This document shows, in pieces, positions 37,001-50,161 of a stretch of 64,000 nucleotides of DNA. Position 1 is the stretch's first letter. Each line of letters starts with the position of its first letter. The notes below the pieces were generated by a model. The model was not told the origin of the DNA. It ran no database searches and was given only the letters and a program-made list of their open reading frames with translations. The DNA is from Vitrella brassicaformis CCMP3155 (Eukaryota; Protista; Chromerida): contig CDMY01000348.1 of assembly GCA_001179505.1 (NCBI GenBank), positions 43,836-107,835 on the forward strand. The letters are read 5' to 3'. The position numbers were made by a program, and so were the translations under genes.

Positions 37001-40000
37001 CTGGATCGGTACTTGCCGGTGATAAAGCTGATGAGGGGCGGCGCCGCCTCCACGTAGAAGTCGTCGCCAGCGTCGATGGCATGTTGCTCCCCTGACGGCA
37101 AACAGACCTCTAGAGACTGCGGCAGCCGATTGCACAGCTGAGCGAGGCAACGCAGAGATCGAAGGCATGACCAGATGTCTATGGCTGCTCACTGACCTTG
37201 AGTGCCGGCGCTATGTGGATCTCGAAGAAAAGTGGCACCTGCCCAAAGCTTGGCGATCTGGCACTTACAGAGCAGGCGAGCTGCATCAACCCGGCCTTAC
37301 TACGGCGGCTTGGTGGCTGGATGAAGGCAGGAGCAGCGTCGTCGTCTACTGAGGCCTGAGGCTCGATCAGCGAGGCGCGATGACGGAACTGCACTCGCCC
37401 TTTGAGCCTTGCAGAGGTGTGCGTCTGCCTTCGTCTCCCTCGCGTTATGTCCTGGTCCAGCAACGAGATGTCCACAAAGGGCAGATCAAGCAGTCTTGCC
37501 TTGAACCCAAAATCGCGCGGAGAGGGGCCTTTGTAGTCTGCCATCTTCCGCAGCACCTCTCGTGGCAGTACCTCCTTGCCTTGGACCATCGCAAAGGCAA
37601 AGAACTGACGACAGATGAGACAGAGACATGGATGCGCGGCGACGCAGGTCGCCACCGAACTGTTCCTCACCTGTCTGAAGCTCTCCACCTCGTGGAAGTG
37701 CTTTGTATCCTGATCTGCTGCGGCTGCAATTGCCCACACCGACTCAATGTCATGCGCCTTCCTCTCTCTCTTCCCCTCTGTCTCGCTCTCCTTCAGGTCT
37801 CCGTCACCCTTCGGCGAGCCGAGAGACCTCCGCGCTCCCAACACACCGTCTCTTGTGACCCTCTGCTTGTTGAGGATGGGGATGGGCACCAGCCAATGAA
37901 GCGGGAGCCACACCAGCTCCTCATCACCGGGTAGATCCAAGACGAGACTCGAACGACGACTCGACGGGATGAATGTGCGGCCGGGGCTCATGATGTCTGC
38001 GGTGCCTGCCGACGTGACTCGCTCGATGCTGATTGCGCGATCGGCTTCAAAAGCTGGTATGCCGTCATCTACTGACGCAGATGGCGAGCTGACATCAAGC
38101 GTCAGGCCCCGTCCTTTGCCTTTCGCCTTGGCGGGCGCCTCCGTCTTGGGTGTCGTGACGGATGGCTGAGCGGTCTGCTGAGGGTTGATGGGAGGAAGGA
38201 CGGTGCCCAACCGCACATTCGTCCGTGTAATTGGCTGCCACATGATGTTGTCCTCCTCTTGGTCTGCGTCTATCTGCGACGCGCCGTGATGGGGCCGTCG
38301 ATCAGAGAGAACGGTCGATCCCTGGAAGTGGGAGATCAGTATGCTCGTCGAGTGAGCCGGCGATGGGGGGACCGACGGCCGGCCAGCGGCAGGCATCGGA
38401 GGCGCCACAGGCGAGTAAGACGCGACGTCCGGGTGCGGCAGCACCTTGAGATGCCGGCTTGACGAGTTTCGCAACACCACCAGAGACGACAGGTGAAGGT
38501 GAAAGGCATTCGAGCCTGCCAGCGTCGTCCGACAGAGGAGGTTCACCCTCGTACTCGCGGCACTCTTCTTCGTTCCGTCTTTCATCGTCAGTGTGACTGA
38601 TCGCTTCGCCCGTCGAGCTGCGAGCGGGAGCGGCCGCACCTCCAGGTGAGCTGAGTTGAGCGTGAAGTTTGATAGCTCATACAGGGTGTCCACAAGACGA
38701 ACGCGGACCACAATCGGCAACGTCAAGCTCTAACACATGCATCCATCACAGCTGCATTTGCTTGTGTCTATCTTGTGCTGACTTTCGTCCTGACCTCGTC
38801 ATCGTCTCGTGGCAACACTAGGCGCCCGCCCGCCTCCACTTTCCGCCACTCGTTCCACACGATCACGTTCGATCGCTTCCGTTCCACTGTGAAACCGTCA
38901 AGGCGGTCCAGGTATGATGCCGTCGATGCACCGGCAGCAGTGTCGCCCGTCTCAACGGATCGGGTGGGGTGTGAGCGAGCGGCGGACTTGAGAGTGATGC
39001 GCACACCAATCGGCTGCCCCGTGAGGTTCCATCTGCCGAAGCAAAGAGAGACAAAGATGAGAAGGATGTGTATTTTTCAGACTTACATTGTGGGCCGTAT
39101 GTGTGAGTGTCTCTCGGCTCCTCCCCCGTAAGGCTGCAGCAGCTTGTGAAAGGGAAGGCTGACAATCAATCAATCAATCAAAGACAGAAGCAGCCTCTCA
39201 GATTGATCACAAAGATCGTCTAATTGTTGTACCCTGCGATTGGCAGATGAGCTGCGACAGTCGAAGGTCGCGATCCGACTGAACCTCTCGCGGCAATCTG
39301 GCCAACCGACGAGCGACGGTCCACTGTGTCCTGCCCTTCTTGCTTGTCGTCCCTGTGGCCCAGAATGCCGCCAAGCGTCGCATCGAGGGATGTCATGAGA
39401 ATGCGCTCTAAAGAGAAACCTTCTTCACGGTTGTCGTCACTGCACACAGGTCAGATGATCCACATGCATCGCGTTACGAGTGTGTGTGGCCCCTACTGCG
39501 GATTGCGTGCATTGAGTAAAGGGCTGGGCTGAGGCAGTGCCCACGGAGGACTCTCCTCGCTTCCGCCTTCGTCCCTCGCGTCGCCTCTTCCCCTGCCCTC
39601 CACCAGCATCTTGAAGCCCCCCAACGCATCCAGCCCTCCAGTAGCTGCAATGCCGGCTGCACCGGCGAAGGCCGCAGCCCCCTTGAGAACCATCAGCCCC
39701 CCTTCTTTCAGATGTCCCTTGGTCGGAGGGTCAGCGGCAGCGCGGGCAGCAGGGGGGGATGGAGGCACGTTGGCGCGAGAAGCCTGGATGCCCCGTGCAA
39801 GAGCACGGCCGATCTGTCGTCGCGAGATGGTAGGGGCTGACACTCCCGAGTCCTGCACGGCACCGGCAGATCGGTCAGAAACCGTTGGGACGGGGGTGGG
39901 TGGCTCCAGCAGCACGCCATCGGCGTCCTTGTCTCTAGCTGGCGGCTGCACAGCTGCTGAAGGGGATGACGGAGGGGAGTCGGAGGGGGGACGGTCAGCA

Positions 40001-43000
40001 ACGGCCTCTGGGGCTCTCACTGAGGAAGAAAGGTTCTTGCGCAGGTCGCACAGGAAGCTGAGTGTTGCCTCAGACGTCGCATCGAGATAGTGTGTGCCGG
40101 CGTCGAGGACAGCAGGGGCGAAGTTGATGTTGAGCCACGTCGCGTCGGCACATAAGGAAGGTATGACTGGCACCTCTGGCATTGCTGTGGGTCCGTCGGC
40201 GGCAGAGGCAGGCGGTGGAGGAGGACATGACTCCTGCATGAATCCACGTCGCAAACGCCACAGCCATCGCCTTTCCTCCTGTATTTGTTACCTGCAGTGC
40301 CCTCATTGTGCATGCCCATGGCTCCACCAGGGACTCACACTCGCCAAGCTGACGATTGAAGAAATCGATGGACACCAAGAACCCAAAAGCAAGTGACACA
40401 AATGGCGGCGCCGTCTCCAAGAAATCCGCCGTCTGATTCCTTGGTTCCTCTGCCGCTGCCTCGTCTTCGGCGGTCATGCCGGTCTCCAGACCCCTCGCGT
40501 CCATCCCCTCCTGATCGTTCACAGCCGCAGCGGCAGAAGTCTTGAAGAGCAAGCCGGCACGAGCGAAGAAGCTAGTGGGACTCGTTGCTCGTGAAGTCTC
40601 TTTGGGACCGATGGTGGCAGACGGTATTGTCTTGTCTGTGTACGTTGAAAGCGCTGGCTTGGTCGCAAGGGAGAGGGGCGAGGGCGAGGGTGGCGTGGCA
40701 GTGGGTGGGCGTACGCATGACACGGTCTGCAAGAGGAAGGCATGAGCTTCGAATGACAGGTAGCGGGAGAGGGTGAAGTGGATGTCTTCGACGTGGCCGG
40801 CAAGCAGACATAATCTGAGTGACAGAATATGCCGAGCCCAGCAAGCCGTCCGTAGACCGGCAAAAAGGAGCATCTGTGCGCGTCATCCATCTTACTTCCT
40901 CGCAGACACGTTCTCGACGAGCTGCACCGAGACGCTGTGGATCCTGACGTCCGCCGTGATGGGGTAGTCGGGGGACGCCAGCCATTTCCACAACCTCCCA
41001 CCAACGTCTTTCACCTCGTCTAGGTCAAGTCGCATGCCCCAACTCCGACCGGTCTGGGACGACCAAGCCGCCGTGTCGCCTCCCGCTGTCAAGTTGGACC
41101 GGCTTAACGCATCCGACTCCCTTCTGCTGTCGACGTCGATCGGACCGGGCGACAGGACAACGGAGGTACCCACCGACGACTTGGTCCGTTCTGACTCTGC
41201 CGGTGAGACCTCGGCTGGTCTGGCTGGCTCCTGCTGCACGGCCGGTGGCTCAAGAAAGGTGACGGATTCCATGGACGCCCTGTTCTTCAGCAGACTCGAT
41301 CGGCGCTGGTTGCATAGAGAGGGCGAGCGGGCTGCTGGCGACGTCGCAGAGACGTCGGAGCCTGTCTTGGGAGACAAGATGGACAGGATGGACTGGTGCT
41401 TGGCGATGGTCGGGCTGATAGACTCCGGTGTGATGTTCACGGGCTGTCTCTTGGCTCGGTCAATTGTCATGAGAATGGCTGATACACGAGAGGCTGTGAA
41501 TGCACAAAACGCCTCGGTGAGGCACAGCAGGGGATACGAGAAGGCAAGTGCATCTGTCGCCACGAGGAGCTGTAAACAGGACACGCAACATATCAGCCCA
41601 CGTCTGGTACGGTGTTCTTCCGCCATTGACCTGAATTGGCTCCACAGCGATCTCTCCCGTCAGCCCTGCCGGGACCATGTCTTTCTGATCCGCGATCTCT
41701 CTCTGCACGGATGTCGCCTTGCCAGACACGCGACACGGCGACAGGAGCGGAGTCCCTTGCATGACATCCCACCAGTCAATCGTACCCCAGACCAGGTCCT
41801 CTTCTTCTTGATCGGCGGATGAAGGTGTCGACGGGCCGCTTATCTCACTCATCGGCGATATCAGCCTATTGTGTCGCAGCTTCTTTTGGCGTTTCATCGA
41901 CGAGTCTGATGCCGGCGAGGGTTTTGGCTTGGGGGTGGGCGGACGCCGAGAGGAAGTCGCTTGCCCCTGCAAAGCCACTCGAAGAGGGACGAGCTGGGGA
42001 CGCGCAAAGGCAGCTGTCAGCGCGGTCACACTGAAGCGCAGGGAAGTCTTGTGGTGCACTTCAGGGCCGACCTGCCGGCAGAAGACAAGCGCACAGAGAC
42101 GCAAGTCAAGATAGTGGCATGCCATCAATGTACCTGGTGGAATCCCGACGACTGCGTTTTCGGTTTGGCTTCGAAGCCTTCCCAGGACTGCTTTCCCACA
42201 TCCGCTGCCTCTTGTCTGCCTTGCATTGACCACCGAGCAGCAGCGGGAGTATGAAGACCCTTCAGAGCCTCGCGATAGAGCGACTCTACTTCCTTGGTCA
42301 TACCGAACGCCAATAGTGACGGCCGCATCGTCTGCTCCGTCTCAGCACTGAAGGACAGTGATCGGGCATGGGATGTTCCAAGGGCCAGAGAGGTGTCGAA
42401 TGAGTAGCAGGGCATGCCGTCAGCCAGAAGGACGGGCGGCGCCGGGACAACGCAAGTTGCCTCTTGCCGTAGGGTGAGGTGCAGATCCGCTCTGAACGCC
42501 AACACGTGCGGCAGCTGCAGATGGCCGGGCTTGTTGCTGCGATCGCTGTCTCGTGACTGCACAGGGGAGCTCAACAGAGTGGCGGACATACGTGAGGGAG
42601 ATGCGTCGGCAGCCAGTGCGACCGTCTGATAACACGGAGCCCACATTTCGGCCTGGATGAACCGGAGGCAAACCACAGTAGTGCTGGACACGCCGTGAGA
42701 ATCCACGTCAGAACCCGACGTGATGGACGACAACGAAGCGTGATGGAGCAGACGGGGAGGCGGAGGTGAGGGAGGCGGGTGGTGGCGGGGCAAAGGGGAC
42801 TGCGAAGGCGAGGCCGTCACTGCCTTGTGACCCATGAGGACCAGAGGGCCAGGCACTCGTGCGAGAAAGATACTGGACCAATCTGAGATGCCACCACACG
42901 ACGACTCATGACGTATCATTCTTCCCAAGCAGTGACTACCGATGATCTTTGCGAGGTGATCCCAATTGGCCGTCATCCGTGGTTGCTCCACCGTCACTGT

Positions 43001-46000
43001 CAGTGCGTTGTGGAGATCCAGCAGCCTTCCCTCATACATCAACCGGATGTGGGGTGTGGCTCCGTCGGCCTTCTTCTTGTCTTTGAAGCCAACAGTCGGT
43101 GTTGTCAATGATGGCCACGTCAGCGCAGGAGGGAAAGGCAGAATCGTCAACGTGTCCCCAGCCATGCCGATGTACTGCACTCTGCCGTCCCTCTTTGGCA
43201 CAGCAGGGCGGGGTGGCGTCTCTGCCTGCAACGGCTCGGGCGACTGGCTTCTCCGTCTCCTCTTGCCGCCAGGCCTCCTTGGACTGCGTCTTGTGCCGGG
43301 TAGCGAGCCGCTCGCTGCTGTCGTGACTGCCTTGGACTGAAAGGTGCGGGATGAGACGTACAGTGTGTCAAGGGGGGAGCCGTGTGGAAGGCCGCTCGGG
43401 TCCCAAATGCGCACTGCCAGAAGCGATACGGACACCTTGAGTGTGCCCTGACGAGTCGAATCCACTGCTGCATGATGCTGGTCGATGCCGAGGGCCAACA
43501 GCGGTCGGCATGATGGCGAGGAGTGCCTTCTCTTCGACTCTGCCTCTTCGTGCAACCCGTCATCCTGATGTCTCGCGCTCCACAACTTGAGGCGTACTTT
43601 GGGCAGCTCGCTGATGACATGCACCGTGAGGAGGCCGGCTTCTTTCTTCTCCGCCGTCTTCGGTCGCTCCGAAGGCGACGGCTCGACCTCTTGCTGAAGC
43701 TCGCCGCCCTCGGCTTCTTTCGCACCAAGATGGTCTTCCCTGACAGAGTGAAGCCGTGGTTGGAGGTCTCCACCCACGTCGGACACGGTCAGGACACCTG
43801 TTGAGCCACGGCGAAAGGAAATGCGGCTCGTGATAGTCAGGTCGCTGATGGTCGACCCGCGCCTCGTAAATCGAGGTCTGTTGGTAGACCCAACGGTGGG
43901 AGACACTTCTTCGCTGTCGTGGAGGGCGGTCACGAGGCGTTGCCTCACAGTCAAAGCTGTCCTCTGCATGCTCTCCTTCACAGTTCGATCCAGTCGCCTT
44001 CTCGGCAACTGTGTGTTGTGGTGCACCAGCAGCTGGGCCAGATCCGGTCCATCCGGAACGTGCATAGTTGATCGTCTGTTCCTCATGTTTTCGATCACCA
44101 AAGGCTGGCTTGTCGGCAGCGAGACCCGTTGCTTGTCAGATGCGCCGCCCTCGAGTGCTGTTGCGTCGGGTGCTGTGGACGAACGAGCCAGTATGGGACG
44201 CGTGGCTGGGATGGCCGCACTGCGTTCAGTATGCACCGCAAGAAGCGGCGCAGATGTGTCACGTGTCAAGTCCCGCGATTCCAGGAACCGGTCGATTGCT
44301 TGCGAGACGTCAAGATGGGGAAGCGTCTCCTTGGATGTCTCGGATGGGATGATCCTCGCAAGCTCTTCGACCTCTTGCATGCAGGCGTGTGTGAGCCTCA
44401 GAAGACCGAGAAGGTCGCAGTCGCTTACATTTACCTCCAATCCTCTGAAAAGCACGACCGAAAGAGAAGGGCAGTCAGTGCACACGCAGGAATCATCCGA
44501 GCCTTACCCAGGCGTCGCGTCTTGTGCGAGAAGCCTCAAAGACGGCAGCTTTTCGTGGTTGACGAAATGGCACACGTCCGCACAGAATCTCATCGACACG
44601 GGGGCGATGACCAACCATCCAAGTCTTCCATTCTCCTCTCCGTCGGTCTTGTGTTGCTGTGTCGCGACGTGTCGAACGAAGTGCGAAAGCTGCAGCTCCT
44701 GGCCCTTCTCGCTGTCCACGAGGTGTGCCACAGTCGGTACCCTGTAGAGACTTAGCTGCCGGCATGACCACAAGTATCGATCGTACAGCATGGGCAGTGG
44801 TGTGGCTGGGTCGAAGACAGTCTGACGTGGAAGGCGCACGATGGAATCGACTTGCACACGACCAGCATCAAATATAAGACCCTGGCAAGTAATGACAGCA
44901 CGTGCCTTACTGGCTGACCAGCTTTGCCTGGATTACCCGCGAGAGAGGATCTGCGGCGTCAAACGGCACAAGGATGCGCAGAGGCGAGGTCGCATCAATG
45001 CAGACTGCAAGGCAGGCACCGAACCAAAGAGGTGTCTGTCTTTCACCTGAGTGGAAGGACTTTGCCTACCGTCTCCCGAGAAGTGTTCGAAATCGCCGAC
45101 GAGGAACTTGGTAATGAAGCCCTCGCTGCGTTCTAGCAACTCACGCACCTGCAAATGAAATTCAGCACGAGGAGTGAGTCGCCGGCTGCCGGTATCGTCC
45201 AGAGTATCCCATACCTTGTCGGAAGCTTTGTTCATCAAATATGCCTTGTCAGCAGGCTGTAGGTCTCTCGTGAACACTCTCAGTGTACGAAACAGGGCCA
45301 CAGGCGACACAGCCCCCGACAGCTCGCCAGTGGTTGCGCCATAGAGCACGATGTCGGGCTGGTCGAGCTTTCGCTGCAGACGAACCTCAAACCTCATCCA
45401 GAACCCTCCTGCTTCGTTCATCTCGTCTTTTGATGGCGCCTCATTGTCACTGACGACAGCCTCTGAGGGCGCTGATGAAGGGTGCTCTGAGACAGCGCGC
45501 ATAGGAGTGGCTGGGCGCCCCTGTAGGACTCGGGGGATTGCCAGCCACTCGTTCAATTTGTCGTCGAGACAGAAGTTCTTCTGCAAAGAGAAGCAATTAT
45601 GACGCTGTGGTTGGCACCACACCCTTGTTTACCATTGAAAGCATGAGTGCGCCTCCCATGTCCTGGTAATGCCTGATCGAAATGTCAATTGATCATGAAT
45701 CGAATCACTTGGCGTTTCAAACTTCTGTCTCACACCTGAATGCGAAATAGAAATCTTCACAGTAGAGAGACAGGTTGCGCTCGGATGCTGATTTCTCGAC
45801 AAGGCGATTCTCCCAGCGCTGCCAAACGATCAAACATGATGAAGCATTCTTACCACGTGGTGCCTTCACTATCGTCTACCGTGAGATGGACAGCGAACTG
45901 CAAATCAGACTCGATGCGCGCCTCACCCAAGCTCTCAATGACACTGGGGCTCAACTGCTCAGTCCAGCCTTCCTGCAACACTTGCGACAGAGATAGAAGA

Positions 46001-48079
46001 AGAAAATGGCCTATCTCTGTCGAAGTCATGGTCACATACTTTCCTCAGCAGCTCCTCCACTTCCTCAGCCGTCTCGGCCAGGACCCTCTGTGCAGTCTCA
46101 CTGCCTCGTGCCCGCTCGCCTTCATCCTCCCCCAGCATCAACTGACTCGTCGAAGACTGGAGCTGCATTCTCACGCGATGAGTGAGCTTTGGGGTTTTTC
46201 TCTCGTCCTCTTCTTTGCTCTCGTCTTTCACGACTTTTCGTGCGCCGAAAAGCCCCGTAACAGCAGCGAACGGCGACCACGGCGATTGCTGCTGCTGCTT
46301 GCTGGTGGACTCGACAGCAGAGGATGGGACAAGGCGCGTGCGCTCTGTCGGTTGCTGTAACAGCAATATGAATCAGTGAATGCACGGCTCCGCTACGTGG
46401 GCGCTTGCAATACCTGAGTGGATTTCACCTTTGTCTTGAGAGCCATGAGGACTTCTCGTCGATGCCTGAGGATCTCAAAGACCCATCCCACCTGCTCGAA
46501 GCCCTCAATGGTGTCGAAGTCGCCTGGTGTAGCCTCGCCGGTCAGCTTGCGTCTCCAGGCAGCCTGGTGAAAGAAGGAAAAGACAGACAGAGATCCATCA
46601 ATTGTGGTGTCTCTTACTCGATATCCATCGATCTCATCCTGAGGCGTATCGCGAACCCTGAGCACGTATGCCCAGTGTGTGTCACGTGTCTCTGCCTTTA
46701 TACGCCCTTACACTATGTCGCCAAGCAATCCGAAGACGAGCTCCCGGTAGAGCACCACATTGTATTCCAGCCACTTCATGCTGTGTGTGAGCTGCTTCTG
46801 CGTCATTTCGATCGATGCATCCGACCCAACAACAGTAATGCTGAACATCGGCAATGCCATCTCCTCCACCCTCCTCAGTCCATGTCCTGACGACGACCCC
46901 TCCTCTTCCTCAGCTTTCGCAGATATCGCATCCGTCTTGGTGTCCGACTGTGCGCCTGCATCATTGTCACTGCTAGCGTCATCATGGTCTGTCGTGGGAG
47001 ACACCTGCTGAGGTGCAAGAGTTGGTCGAGGGAAGGATGGGTCCTGGGCCTCACGCGCATCTGGCGGAAAGTCAGATGGGAAGAGGGGGACCAGGCAGAT
47101 GCGGAGTCGGAGCTCCAAGTCACGAGGAGGGTGAAGGTAAGTGTGTGCTTGATGCGCGTCGGCAGCTCGCTGACACATAGTCTCCAGCGGGACAGCTTTC
47201 ATGGCATCGCTTCCCATCTTGAGCCGCTGCTCGTACGGATGCGGCAGCCAGAATCGACTGGCCTTCCCGTCGCTCGCTCCCCCCTCGTCGACTGCTGAGT
47301 CAAGGTCATCCAAGTACAGGCTGCATTCCTCCAACACCAGTCTCTTGAAGAACGCTTTAGTGAACTTAGACCGCCCCTTTGAAATGTCGTCTCTCTCTGT
47401 CGTGAATGCAGTCCATGGCGTCTTGTAGATGGCTTCCTTTGCCCTTCCCAACGGGCGCCATGCAACGTCGGCCTCCACAGTAGAAATGGACTTAGCTGCC
47501 CAGCCAAAAGCGAAAGGGCGGTCCGGGCGAATCTCGCTGTCCTCCAGCCGCATCTCGAAATTGTGGATGGTGAGCCGGAGATTGCGCAGCATCAAATAGC
47601 CCAGTTGATGAAAGAGCGTCTCCTCTTTCTGGCGCCCTGAACAGGATCAGCAGAAGGATTGTGAACAAGACAGAAACAATGCATGACTATTTCCATGGCT
47701 CATCACCTGTGAGGAATGTAAATAGCTCATCCTGGTCGAGGATGAGTCTCTTGAAGTCCTCCCACACCTGCTTCTCGGCCTCGATGTCCCAGGCAGCCGA
47801 TGGCTTGGTCGTTGCAATGAGGATGAGGTTCTCGGCCTCAACGATGATTGGCTGGGTAGTGAGAGCCATCCACGGAATCTTGATGGTCAGATTGCCGACC
47901 TTGCCGTACGTGACGTCCACCGGCAGCGACATCATGCGGAACAGGTCCTGCTTGAACGTCAGGTTCTTGAAGGTCACATGGCCGCGGAACAAAGATAGCG
48001 TGAACTGGTCACCCTGAAAGTTCTCGAACACAGCGCCGAAGGCGCGGTTCAAAAGGCGGACCAGCAACCGCTTCAACAT
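31037..48079 (-). CDS. VPS13: VPS13-family bridge-like lipid transfer protein, about 17 kb and multi-exon
   Basis: Chorein-N start MLKRLLVRLLNRAFG...LSLFRGHVTFKNL...GKVGNLTIKIPW and LRLTIHNFEMRLED. VAB/SHR-BD-like FSPHWIVN, FSIDAVG, TKVVDLFARFTLVN. C-terminal LGSIDLIGNPLG...KEPYEGILKGPEQFIGGLGRG and a PH-like tail. Confidence 0.92.
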
Positions 48080-48170
48080 GCTTGACTTCACTCGGGGGGA
48101 TCTTCGGGGGGCGCGGGGGGGGCTTGCGAGCTGAAAAGCGTCTCGACACACTTTCTTCCCTGCGTCATCC
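48080..48170. promoter_or_regulatory. 91-bp bidirectional promoter spacer between VPS13 and the SMYD5-like gene, containing TGCGAGCT (48125-48132)
   Basis: Divergent ATGs at 48079 and 48171; the same octamer occurs in five other divergent spacers. Confidence 0.65.
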
Positions 48171-49943
48171 ATGCCGTTCTGGGCTGATGTGGAGGTTCGG
48201 ACTGTAGATCCAAGCAGAGGGAAGGGGATCTACCCCAAGACGGACCTGAAACGTCACACAACGTTCCTCTCGGATCAGCCTCTCGCATGCCTTCAAAAGA
48301 GAGCTCAGCAGTCATCGCATGTCGTTTGTGTCCGGTGCAACAAGTTCCTTGGTTCCCTCCAGCTTCACTTGCATCTGCTTCAAGGCAACCTGACTTCGGC
48401 GGATGTGATGAAGACCGAGGAGTGCTCAGCCTATGTGAAGCAGCCTTTGCTGCCGAGGGACCCACGGAGCGATGGGGAAGATGAACACACTGTCGGCCAT
48501 CTGACTCCCATCGTGGTTGACGAGGTGTTTAGCAAGTACAGGAGCCTGACGCCCTTCGCCTTCTACTGCAGCGATGAGTGCAGACAGGCAGGTACGCAAC
48601 AATACAGCAGGAAGACCCATGGATGCAGACCGAACACACTGTGGTTGCTTGTGTGTGTGGCTTCCATCAGGCCAGCGCGCTTTGTCGGTGTTGCGTTATC
48701 CATCGTGTGTGCCTATCTTCGAGTCCCTCGTCGGGCTCTCGCATCGCGCAAACAACGTCTTCTTGACGATGCTGGCCATCCTTCTCAGCGCAGTCGTGTC
48801 GGAGCTCGATGATCATGCTGCATCGCCTCCCAACAAGCGACAGAAGACGGAACAAGGCCACCAGACAAGTGGAGGCAGTGATCCGGACCATGGCGGCAGC
48901 AGCAGCACCAGCACCAGCAAGGCGCTCAATGTCCTGCGCCGGCTCGTGAGGAAGCCCATCCATGAGGTGCTGGACGTGCCGGAGGACTGCACGGCCGAGG
49001 AGTTGAGGAGGGAGTTGAAGGAGGAGAGCCAGCAAGCCATTAGTCTGATCCGCCAGCTACTCGTATGCAGCGGCAGCATGGCCACCTATCCTTGGCTGGA
49101 GCAGGAGTTCCTTTCCGAGGATGCGTTTGATTTGTGGCTGGGGGCGTTGGGTCTGAACGTCATTTCTGTCAAGGTCCCACACCCAATCGTCTTCTTTCTG
49201 GAGGCCATCAACGACATGAAGGACGACGATGGGGCGAAAAAGGAGCTCATCGAGGTTCTCGCTCCGTCCCTGTGTCAGCTGAATAGGGCCAAGATGGCGA
49301 AAGAACAGCAGAAAGAGCGGCAAGATGCAGAGGAAGGGGAGGGCGGCAATGCATCAGACGACGATGAGAGCGGGGAGGCGTCGAGTGACAGCAGTGAGGG
49401 CAGTGATGCAAGCGACGACGACAGAGAGGCTGACGTGCTCTTTTGGGACTGGTCTGGCTACAATAGCAGCGGTGATGATACCGCTCTCTTGGGCTCGCTG
49501 TCGTCGGAGCTCTTCCCTTCGTTCAAGGGCTATGCACTGTTCCCGGTGTTCAGCCTTTTGAATCACAGCTGCGAGCCCAACAGCGAGAGCACATATGTCG
49601 ATAGGAACACGTAAGCACATGTCAATGCCGAGGTGGTATATGCCCCATCCACGTGGGCTGGCGCTCTTGTGTGTGTCCCTGACTCGTCAGGATATCGGCG
49701 TTCACGACTCGTGATGTGGCTGCCGGTGAAGAGCTGACCATTAGCTACATTGACAACACGATGTAAGCACACGCACCAAGGTCGCGCCCGCAGGCGTCGA
49801 TTTGTGAGAGTGTGTGCGGATGGATGGATGGCTGTAGGTCTCTGGCGGATCGGAGGGAAGAACTGAGAGGCTATGGATTTGTGTGTACGTGCCCAAAGTG
49901 TGAGAGGGAGGCTGCCGGGGGTCTGCTGCAGAAAGAGACTTAG
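48171..49943 (+). CDS. SMYD5-like SET-domain lysine methyltransferase with split MYND finger
   Basis: RGKGIY, CVRCNKFLG...YCSDEC, an acidic insert, ALFPVFSLLNHSCEPN, RDVAAGEELTISYI and post-SET GFVCTCPKC. Four exons; stop at 49941-49943. Confidence 0.85.
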
Positions 49944-50161
49944 CTGTTGAGTCAACTGTCAAGAGCTAGACACGACTGCTGCTTGATGCATCCCCGTGTG
50001 TTAGTGTAAAAGTGGGAGAAAAGAAGACGTCACGTCACATTGCGAATGCAAAGAAGTCACACCAACCATCCATCCACTCACCATTTCATTGTGGGTCGAC
50101 AGATCGACCAGTAACTAATCAGCAGACACCAAGCTGTACACTGTCTGTCCTGTCAGAAGGA

